This document shows, in pieces, positions 1-10,800 of a DNA stretch of 64,000 nucleotides (positions are counted from its first letter, which is position 1; the number at the start of each line of letters is the position of its first letter). Both the position numbers and the translations under genes were made by a program. The DNA is taken from positions 25,668,001 through 25,732,000 of the forward strand of contig OZ281497.1 in assembly GCA_965637545.1 (NCBI GenBank), in the 5' to 3' direction. The notes beneath the pieces were generated by a model. It was not told where the DNA came from, did no database searches, and was given only the letters and a program-made list of their open reading frames with translations. This DNA is from Phallusia mammillata. Lineage: Eukaryota.

Positions 1-29
1 GTTTCAAATCTATCCGCGTTTTCTTGCAG

Positions 30-3000
30 TCACATCGGTTAAGACCGTTCGACTCCCGCATGTTAATGGCTGTCGGTGAAACATACGAAGTTCTCGAACG
101 ACCGGAGGAAGCGAAAATGTGCTACCGGAAAGCTATTGCGGTGGGAGATATTGAAGGGATGGCCAACACCAAGCTTGCAAAGTATGCCACACTCAACATT
201 TATTTTGTTTTGATAAAGTCCTTTGCTTCTCACTATACACGGACTACTTCTCGTTTGCTATCTGCCGAAATTTACGCCCAAGTTGTCTAAATCTATACAC
301 CTTAAACCTAAAAACGCCCTTTTTATGGGTCCCCTTCCTTGAAGGGGACACATCTTGATTTTACTCGATTTCTTTTTTTTTTTTTTCTTTTTTTTTCTTT
401 TTTTTTTTTTTCTTCCCTGAAGTTTGTCCACCCCATTTTGCCCTGAAATGTTTGATGGATTTGGATGAAACTTTGACAGATGGTAGATATAGTTGTGTAG
501 ATGTGCCATCTGCTTCGTTTGTCATGATAACCCCAGTATTTACCCCGCTAGCCCCCAAAATGTAAAATGTGGTTTGTGCGCACCACAAACGTTAGTTTTG
601 TGTGATGTTATAAAGGCAACTACATATGATACTTATGTTTAAGGATTGCTTGGTGAACGTGTTTGCGGATAGCACCTTTGAGGTACTTGTTTCGTCCCCC
701 CTTAAGCAGTATATTGCGCGATTTTGTTTTCGTGGCAATAAACAAATATCGCAGTCAAGGGGGTTGTTCACAGCCTTGTGACGTCACAAGTCATTACGGT
801 TGTTGATTAAAACGGCCCCTAGTGGTCAAAATTGAAACATTGGCCGATTTGGACAAAATTTTACAGGATTGTTGTTTGGGTCATTGCAGTTTCATATTTT
901 CAACATTAAGGTGAAGAACCCCATCAGTTACCCCACTAGCCCCCTAAAATGGGTGAATTTTTAAACAGGGTCGGAATTGGCTGAAATTTGGATAGCTTGT
1001 ACAATTTGCCATTTACAAATGATGATTGTTGTGTTAAACCCTGTAGCCCCAGCATTTACCCCACTAGCCCCCTAAAATGGGTGAATTTTTAAACAGGGTC
1101 GGATTTGGCTGAAATTTGGATAGCTTGTAGAAGTTGCCATTGACAAATGACGATTGTTGTGTTAAACCCTGTAGCCCCAGCACTTACCCCACTAGCCCCC
1201 TAAAAAGGGTAATTTTTTTAAACAGGGTCGGAATTGGCTGAAATTTGGATAGCTTGTACAATTTTCCATTTACAAATGACAATTGTTGTGTTAAACCCTG
1301 TAGCCCCAATAGTCACCCTACTAGCCCTCTAAAATGGGTGAGTTTTTAAACAGTGCGCAATTGTTGGAAATGTTATGCCATTTATAGGTATCGATTGTTG
1401 TGTTTTACTTATTTGTTTTAAACTAGACAAACTTTAAACAATGCTTGAATTGAGCTGATTTGTATAGTTTGAACTTTGCGTAGCATGACTATTTAATCCT
1501 AGTACCAATCACAGTGTTTTACTTTACAACACCAAAGTTTCTTTACCAGAAGAGCTCTATAGACTTGATACTATGCCTGGCAGCAACAGCTTATTTAAAG
1601 TTTCTTATGGTTATCTCTTGAAATGCAGTATTTACAACTTTGCATGTGTGGGGACCCATGAGTTTCTGCCTGCAGAAACAACTAACGTTTTAAACGACGG
1701 TGGCTAATATGGGACCCAATATAAAATAAGTGAAGGAATTATATTGTCGTTTTAGAATACGATTTAGTGTATGGACAATGGCAAAATGTGCTAAGCCACC
1801 CCTCTAGTTTAATCTGCGCGTCACGGCGTTTCGAATTTACCCATTGTGTGTGAATCAACTTTTCGTTGAGAACCTTTTAGCTATTAGTTTCAAATCTACA
1901 ATTTTTGTCGGAAAGCTCCAAATAGTATTATATTACGTTGTACTCATCAAACACATGGAAAATCAGCTGCAGCTTTATACTTTTTCTACAACAAATTGTA
2001 AATCAAAACAAAGTTTCACGAATCAAGACGGTCTCACAGGAATTAAATCAAGACAAAACTATCGTGTATTGCAGGAAATATTGGTAAAAATTAGCGCCTC
2101 GACCTAATATTGGTAAACGTTCATGCAGACCAGCAATCACGGCACGCTGTTATATAAATCATAGTACGCTAGGCTTATTGAAGGCGTTATACCGAATCAA
2201 TCCGGTCTCCCAAGCATTCGCATATGGCATAAGCTTAAATCTAGCCCGCGGTGGGATTCGAATCCCCGACTGGAGTCTTTCCGGGATTCGTGCTCTACCA
2301 ACTGAGCTACGCAGGGTCAGTGGAGAATCCGCCGAAAGTTGAATCACAAGCACCGTTGCCTGCCTTGTATGCCGCACGTGTCACCTTTGTATAGGAAAAC
2401 GCCAGTTAGACCATTAATCAGCCAAGATGAATGCATTCATACTCAGCCCCCATACGGACCAGCGATCAAAGTGTTTACCTTTTCTTTATGACTCAGACTA
2501 TACCGGAGTGAAGAATCGAATGAGTGGGCGGCATATTACTATGAGCGGTTCGCACAACAATCGGAGGAGCGGGGTGTTGTGGAAGGTACAAGTTTTCACA
2601 CTGAAACATATTCGTTCCTTGCTCGTCACTACTTGCAGACATCAGTGTACGACAGTGCGACTTATTATGCTCATAAATGCTGCGAGCATCCCGCTGTGAG
2701 TATGACAAGGTTTACAACTACACGTAACTTGGACCTGAAAACCTATAACTTCACTATTGTTAAACATTTTTTGGTCGAAATGTTTGGGTAAAACTTAGGT
2801 CCTTGCTCTTCAACCTTTTTTTCCTTTCCTTTCGTGTGCCTTTAGCTGCAATCTAATGCACTCTTGTGGTTATTGCAACAACAATAAGGTTTTTTTTGAC
2901 TGGTTTACAGACATGAAACAAAGACGTGTGTTATCATACACACACTGCAAATTACTCTCACTTACATCTTTTTTGACGAACTCTTGTGACCTTTTGGTAC

Positions 3001-3667
3001 CAATGTACCCCGGTCACTGTGTCGAGCACCCAGGCTGAAAAGTGCCTGCGGCAGCTATTGTAAACGCTGTTTCAAGCTATTAAAAAGTTGTCTATAACAG
3101 GAGCTGGCAAACAATGACCAGCAATCTAATACCATGAATGCTATTTCACCATGGCCAGGCTTCTGTAAACGCAATCCCCTTTAACTTGAACACAGAAATA
3201 TAAAAATAAGCAATCCACTCTTAAATATTAAAGTCAATGGACCATTTTTCACTACATGACAAATTCCAGAGAATATCGTTGGAACTGATTGCGTTTACAC
3301 AAAGCCATCAATTACACAATACGTTGCTAGCTGTACATAGCATATTTTGCTTTATGTATTTTAAATTTCATCTGCTAACAAACAACCAAAAAGACAGTTA
3401 TCCGCATTACTGCAGGTTCGGGAAGAAGGCAAAGCGATACTTCGTCAAATATCGCAACTTCGAGGCATCGGTGAGGCCAACGAAGATTCAGAGTTGGACC
3501 TAACAAACCAACCAACCCCTGGAACACATTTACAGCGCATACGATCAGCACACGACAGCAGCGTAGGAGCAATGGACACAGATTCGCCGGCAGGGGGCAG
3601 TGTTGGGCCGATCAAGCTCAGTTTTTCTCCTGGCCATGCTGAATCGGATGTTAGTAATATGATGTGA
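30..3667 (+). CDS. CDC23: Anaphase-promoting complex subunit 8 (CDC23), last three coding exons; 5' part lies outside the window
   Basis: Exons 30-181, 2497-2695 and 3416-3667 (TGA 3665-3667), all GT-AG with matching phases (2, 0). Translation SHRLRPFDSRMLMAVGETYEVLERPEEAKMCYRKAIAVGDIEGMANTKLAK|LYRSEES...ETYSFLARHYLQTSVYDSATYYAHKCCEHPA|VREEGKAILRQISQLR matches the recalled C-terminal TPR region of vertebrate CDC23 (LRPNDSRMLVALGECYEKL...AVGDVEKMALVKLAK...REEGKALLRQI). Confidence 0.95.
929..1353. repeat. 128-bp tandem repeat, ~3.3 copies, inside a probable non-autonomous DNA transposon
   Basis: Unit ccccactagcccc.taaaatgggtga..tttttaaacagggtcgga.ttggctgaaatttggatagcttgta starts at 931, 1059, 1187 and 1316; a partial copy at 541 extends the element leftwards. 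No termini identified. Confidence 0.85.
1546..1596 (+). mobile_element. Isolated 3'-tail fragment of the same PLE-related family
   Basis: 1546-1592 matches 10175-10221 at 43/47 positions; 1572-1596 matches the reverse complement of 11510-11534 at 23/25. Confidence 0.6.
2156..2317 (-). mobile_element. tRNA-derived SINE-like element in a CDC23 intron
   Basis: Minus strand has A box TAGCTCAGTTGGTAGAGC and B box GGATTCGAATCC, but the anticodon stem does not pair and the 1:72 pair is mismatched. The 3' flank is shared with a second copy at 11091-11248. Confidence 0.7.
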
Positions 3668-4842
3668 ATTGGGTTGAAAAATGGTAAAGGAAGAAACTTC
3701 GGCATAGCGTATGTGAGTTAAATTCTGGTGGACTTGCTGAAGCCCTTTTGCGGCTATCAGGCATTTTGGCTCGTTTAGGGAACTATGGAATTCTAAATTA
3801 TTGTTTTGGCAAAAGTTCGGAATTCCCTAATGTCCGCAACCTTTAGTGTGCAGCGGGCTAAAACTAAGTTTCACAATGTAGCAACGCGCCGTAATTTTTT
3901 GTCACTCTCAATCCTACTTGTCATGTTGTTAAGAGTCTTAAACTTATTGTATTTGAATCATATTGTCTATGGCCACCGATTAAATTATCAAAGAGATAAA
4001 CTGGATTACCTGAAATTGTGCATCGTTACTCTCTTTGTTGTTTCACTGTTTGCGTGACGTCAAACAACGCCTTGGGGTGTTTTTTTTTTCATCAAAGGGC
4101 GAAAGTTCCTTGGGGGCATTTTTCCTATTGTTTATTTTGGCGTTCATTCTGCGTATATCCAAAAAACTACTTCATTTCATTGAATAAAACTATTTATTTG
4201 AGAAGGTGTTGGTTTGTCTTGTGGACATATTTTTGGAAAAAAAAGGCGTTTATTATGCCTGAAAACTAATTTGAGGCGTACAGCTGCACATGTGATGTAT
4301 TTTTAGAAGCAAAAGCGAAAAAATGTTAACTTTACAGTAGTATATATACATATATGCGTATCAGATTTTCTGTGGCGAAAAAAAATGTCAGAAATTCGGC
4401 TTTTCCATAGAAATCATAAAAGTTGTGACGTAACACGCAGTGAAGTCGTGACAGTCAAAAGTGTGTGGGCAAAATAGCGAAGGAATTTCTGTGATATTTT
4501 TACTTTTTTAAGGTGTAAATCAGCTTAAAATCAAGGCAAGTTTATAACAAAACTACAGGTGGAACATAAAGTAAGCTTTTGTAGCATTTTATAACATAGA
4601 AATTAAAGTTTTATTGAGGTAAAATTCTGATAATATTTTGTCAAATTTGCCGGCTTGTTTTCAATAAAGTAAATCGCACTTAAACATTTTCTGACAGGGT
4701 GTTTTAGATATAAAAATAGTTTGGTAATAAATAAATCAGAACAACTAACTTAATACAGGTGTTATCTGGTGTTAAAAAAGACTTATTTTTGAGTTGAGTG
4801 TGGAAAATATATCAAGAAGAAAGAAAGTAAAGCAACATAAAA

Positions 4843-7800
4843 ATGAATAACGTACTTCCACAATTATGGAAAATTCGCGAGGTTGCGGATAAAGTGTAAG
4901 TGTACAAAATGTTGTAACGTCACAATTTTGGATGTTTTGATTAAAGATTAAGTATCAAAGATTAGAAATTCATTTTTTGACAGGGTTGAAGTTTTCTGTG
5001 TTATTTTTTTTCATTTATCCCAAATGTATGACAAACCATTTACTATACTTCTTCCATTGTAACAAAATATGTATTTATAGACCATTTTTACAGTCAAAAT
5101 AGGTTTGTAAAGTAACATATGTATTTATGCTAAGCTTTTATCTGTAAGAAATGACCTATATCTTTCTGTGATTTTGTTTTTGTTTTTATATCATAAAAAA
5201 ATCTTGTGAATAGATGTTAAATGCATACCATTGTTTTACAGTACAAATGTGGTGATGAACTACTCGGACGTGGAGGCTAGAGTTAGAGAAGCAACAAATG
5301 ATGAGGCCTGGGGTCCATCCGGATCCATTATGCAGGAGCTTGCCCGAGACACATTCATGTATGAGTGCTTTCCTGAAGTAATGGGAATGTTGTGGAAAAG
5401 AATGCTTCATGAGGGAAAGAAAAACTGGCGGAGAATATACAAAGTATGAAAAACAAGATTGTTTATTTCTTTGTCATGGTGTATGTGTGCTTTTATTGTG
5501 TTTTTGTTATAACCCTATTGCTATGCTAATTTTGATAATGATTATTTAATGAAGTCGATTAATGCCTAGTCTGTTTTTTTATGCCTGTTTATGTCATAAA
5601 ATCCTTATAATGAGGGATGTTTGCCATGACGGTAATATAGTGGGTCTTAAGTAGTTTACAAAACATTTTTTAACGTTGTAAGAAAAAAATATTAAACACT
5701 GGTCTGTTCCATATGGCACAGCCTCTACAGCAAGGGTTCTTAACCAGGTGTGCACGCACCCCCAAGGGGTGCAAGAACTGTTCCGAGGGGGTGCGGGGAT
5801 GCTGAATCATTAAGGTTGGTTAGGTCTATTCTATATAAGTACAAAAATCCAGGGGGGTGCAAAAATTGGTTGGTGATTTGAAAGGGGTGCAGCAAGGAAA
5901 AAAGGTTAAGAACCACTGCTATACAGTGTGTTTTTGTTTCAGCACTGTGTCAATATTTTGAATAAAAAGTGAAACATCAAAGCATAGATGCAACAAGAAA
6001 TATGTTAACTTGTTTATAGAATTATGCGATATTTATGCATCTTGCATGCAAAAAAAAGTTATGAAAAACCTTATCTTTTACAGTCCTTACTCCTGCTGAC
6101 ATATTTGATAAAAAACGGATCAGAGAGGGTGGTGACAAGTGCGAGAGAACATTTGTATGATTTAAAATCACTGGAAGCCTACACATGTCACGGTATGAAT
6201 GAGTGTTTTAACTGTCAAATTATGTATTCACTCAAGTCTGATAAAACAGGTTGTATGTAACAAGTGCCGCTCTGTACTTGTTAACACATTGTATGTTTTA
6301 AGTTTGGGGTTATCAAATATTCTCTTAACTAAGTTTTAACTGGCCAGTAGAATATGATTCATTATATATATATTTTGTAGTCTTTGTATAACAGAGATCC
6401 CCAACTTTTTTCTGGCCAAATTTAAAAAGGAAATTTTCTTTTTTTAACATGCTAATTTAACCAAATTAACACTTTTTAGTTACTTAGGCTTACTGCAAAT
6501 TATTTTAGGGCCCATAAACATAAAATAACATAATTAAGGTACTTACATTTGCATATGTGGTTTTTGTATCTGTACTGTAAATATTTTTTTAAGTATTCAT
6601 TTCCATGTATATATGTTGTCTAAAACTCCCACCTAATCATGATTACTTATGCTTCACTACTCAGATGACCAAGGCAAGGACCAGGGAGTTAACGTGAGAA
6701 ACAAAGTCAAAGAAATTATCAGCCTTGTGCAAGACAATGAAAGATTGAGAGAAGAGAGAAAGAAAGCCAAGAAAAATCGAGACAAATATGTTGGACTTTC
6801 TTCTGATGATGCGCGCTTCCAAACTGGACGATACAGTGAGTGCTCTTGTTTTTGTCTATCACAATAAATCACACAAATTTCTTGTGATTTACAAATAGTT
6901 GATTTATATGTCATGTGCTGGCTGTAAATTTCGCTTATAAATTGCTAATGTGCATGAAAATTTTTTAAAGAAAGCATTGATTAATCACATATATATAGTA
7001 AGCATACAATGAGATATTAAAAAGTGTAGGTATTCGTAGTTGCTTAAAACTCTAATTTTGATGAACATACATGACTTTACCAGTTACCTAACATTGCCAA
7101 TTATACAAAATTGAATAAAAACGCCCAAAAGTATGTGTTTTAATGTTCAGCTTGGGCTTGAAATGCATTTTGTGGCTAATGAAACAATAGTTTGAATTAT
7201 TTGAATCTCAAATTTATCAAACTGTGCATATGATAATAGCCCACTACATGGAGGTTTATGTATATGGTACTGTTTGTATTTAATATAAACAATACCATTG
7301 CACGTGATAACAATGAAAGCTAGAGGTGCCTTATACCTTGTAATATGAAACAACAGCAATAAAAGTAAAATTTGATCATTGTTAATCATATATATAACAA
7401 TAATTGACATAAATGCAGTGAAACTAAGTCTTTATGACCAACATTGGTCTATAATTTATAATTTAACAGCGGATGAAATAAATAGGGTTGACTATGTCAG
7501 GAATAATAATGTTAGAATGAGTTTTTTGTGTTAAATGCTGGTAATTTGGCACTTACACCATCATGAAAAGCAATATATACATTTACCTGTCACAAAATCA
7601 CTATGAATATGCACCTTGCATAAGTGTGTGTGTGAATTTGTAGACTTCTCGCCACCTCCTTCACCGGAGAGCGATAGAAGATATGGTAGAGGTAAGGCAG
7701 CATGTGTGTATAGTGCTGCATAACTAGTAGTCCACAAAACTGTGCTCCTAGCGTGTGTAACACTCCGATTTGCGAATCTACTGATTCAAATGGTTCTGTT

Positions 7801-10800
7801 CACTGTTTTTGACTCCTAATTTTGTTTAGCAATGATAAGTTAGCTGGTGCACTGTGCACTGTGTAATTTGCATGTGGCTGGTACATATAGAATTGAAGTG
7901 ATATTTTGGTCTGTGTTTTTAGCAATTTGATTGAGTCGTTTATGTCTTCACTTGTATAGAAATTGGTGCATTTAGAATATGCAGGATTGCTTGGTACACC
8001 TTTATATCGCTTGATGGACCTTAACGTCACTTGGTTCACCCGTAAAATCAATGATGCACCCTTATATCTCTTGGTGCACCTTTATATAACTTAGTGCACC
8101 TTTATATCTCTTGGTGCACCTTTATATCGCTATACCTTTATGGATGTTAAGATGCACCAAGCGATATAAAGGTGCACTAAGCGACATAAAGGTGCACCAA
8201 GAGATTTTAAGGTGCACCAAGTGATATAAGGGTGCATCATTGATTTTAAAGGTGCACCAAGCGATCTAAGTGATCCTGTATATTTTAGATGCACACATAG
8301 AGAAATGTTCCTCTCTACAATTATCTGATTGTAAATGTAAACAATACTTCACATTCTCAGTTCCTGTTCTGTATAATAGCATTGAATGGAAGATAGAGTA
8401 TATAATATATATACAGTATTCAATTTTTATATGGCTGGTATATATGGTCACTAAAATAATAGGACAAAACGCTGGTTCTCATAAAAGCCATTTATATATT
8501 TTAAGGCTATAAAAGGCTTACAGCTTGGTCCCAAAATTTATTATGCATACAAAGATGCCCAGAAACTGCTAGTTTAATGGATAATAAAAAGCTGATTGTG
8601 CTTGTTTTGAGGCAAATTGGGTTTAGTTTTACAAAATATTGACCTCTTGAAAGACCAAATTCTAACAAATCAAGGTCAATTCTTGCTACTGGGTCAAAAT
8701 TTTTGATTTGCTGCTTTAAATGATGTATGTTTCTGAACAAAAATTTTATTTTATTTTTGATCATGAATTTCAAGTTGATCATGGTATTGTGTTAAATCCA
8801 AATCATGTTCAGTTGTTTTTATTTTGCGAATGCCTGCGCTAAGTTTTCTGTCAGTTCAATCGATTATGAGTACGCAGATCAGTACATGAAAAGGGCTCTA
8901 TGTTAAGGACCCTTGACTATGCGTGGATCACTTGTCTATTGAAAGGGTCAATATATCTTCAACATGACTTTTTGTGCACATATATATTTAACTAGCATTG
9001 CTCAATACCGACTGGCTGTATAAATATTCGCAATAAAAAAGTACATCCTTTCTTGGAGAGAACTGAAAAACAAAACATGTACAGACATGTTTTAAACTGG
9101 GGGTGTTTAAACAATTTTTAAACTGTCCTTACTGATATAAATTCTTTTTTTAGTGCAGGGCTTTTAGCACATTTACTATTGTATTCAAATCACTGCATAT
9201 TTTTGCTTTCTTGCATGGAGTGCAAATTCATTTTCCCATCTGCATTTTGGTCATCATTCTATAAAACATTTGTTTGTCCATATAATCTGTAATCATAATC
9301 ATGTCTTTTCCTATTATTCCACCAACCTCATGGTAACTGTAGGTGTTGCTGTAATCCTGTAAACACAAAAAAATGTTTGATTTACCTAATCATTTGTTGC
9401 TTGCATCCCAATTAAAAAGTAGTTAGTCTATTTTACATGGTAAACTTTTATACTTTCAAAATTAAATTTTTAATATTTGACGTTTGCGGATTTCATGTTG
9501 ATGCAAATTTAATTTTACATTTTAAATTGTGTTTTTTGTGGCTACATGAGTTTTAATTCAAACCACTCTTTGCATCAGATCGCTGCAAATTGATCTGTAG
9601 TTTATGCCTGCTGCTAATTATGGGTTCTTTGCTTTGGTTTTCTATGCAATACGGTCTTTGATTGGTCGAGTAACAAGCTTTGAGCAGGCAACTCTTGTAT
9701 GCTTAAAGAAACAAACATACTATCCATTTGGTGTCAATATATACATCGAAACTGTTACAACAATAAAGAACAGAGCTACTGTCAATCTCACAATATTTTA
9801 CTGTCAAATCTTATAATGTTGCTGAAAAATTGCTTCTGTTTGTGCTAGGGCACACTATATTACCCATTTCATATCTGGTAAATGCAGTTTTGGCACTTCA
9901 TATTACAGTAGCTAACTGCGTTGTTTTTCCTCTTTAGGTGGTGGAGGCAGTCGCCGTGGTGATGACAGATCCTACAATGACTGGAAAGACCCGGATGCTT
10001 ATGAAGATGAACCCAGACATAGTCACAGGAGGAAAAGAAGTTCAAATGGTTCAGTTGGATACAGGTCGGTTAAACACATCCATTTGGTTTCATGCACTGC
10101 ACTATGCGCTTTCATTTACCCTGATGAAGGCGACCTGTATAGGATGTCGAAACGTCTGAATAAAAATACAATTGCCAGAAGAGCTCTATAAACTTGATAT
10201 TATGCGTGGCAGCAATAGCTTGTGTATTTGGTTGTTTATTTTGTACCAGACATGTTGGCTTGAATTTAAGGAAAACCCCATTATTTAAAACCATGCTGTA
10301 CATACAGTAGTCTGGGTGTGTGTTTGACTTCCATTTATCTTTAGTTGGTTAACTTTGTGTTACCTCAAAGAAGTAAAAGTCATATTTCTACATTAGTTTG
10401 ATGTTTGTGGTGTAAATATTTTTAATGTTATCCAAACGGGCTTGTTTGAAACGAAACGTTTCTGTTTACAAATATTTTCATACATATTGGTTTGCTACCA
10501 AAAAAGTTTTCCCCTTTTGTATTTGACTGATTTTTTTTGTAATTTTTCTGATTGTATGTTTTGTATTATTATACCTTTGCCTACCTAAACTTGCCTGCCT
10601 AAACGATTAAGTAGCTTTTTTCTTGTTTCAAATTTACACTTTTTCTTGAGTAAAACATATATTATGCTCTGATATCAAATGAGGCCAAAAAAACAAAATT
10701 TATTGACATATTGTTATAAATTTTGCAATCTCATCTTTCCAGTGATGACTCAGCACCCTCGGACTCAGAAAGTAACTCTCGCTACGGCAGAATTGGATCG

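Noticed and set aside
258-588. Poly-Lys ORFs in the ORF track
   Set aside because: They are translations of the intronic poly-T run.
929-1353. CRISPR-like array
   Set aside because: Contiguous tandem units without unique spacers, in a eukaryotic intron with no cas genes.
2243-2317. Functional tRNA gene on the minus strand
   Set aside because: Anticodon stem unpaired, 1:72 mismatch, A instead of G before TTCGAAT, and a second decayed copy with a shared flank; treated as a SINE head.
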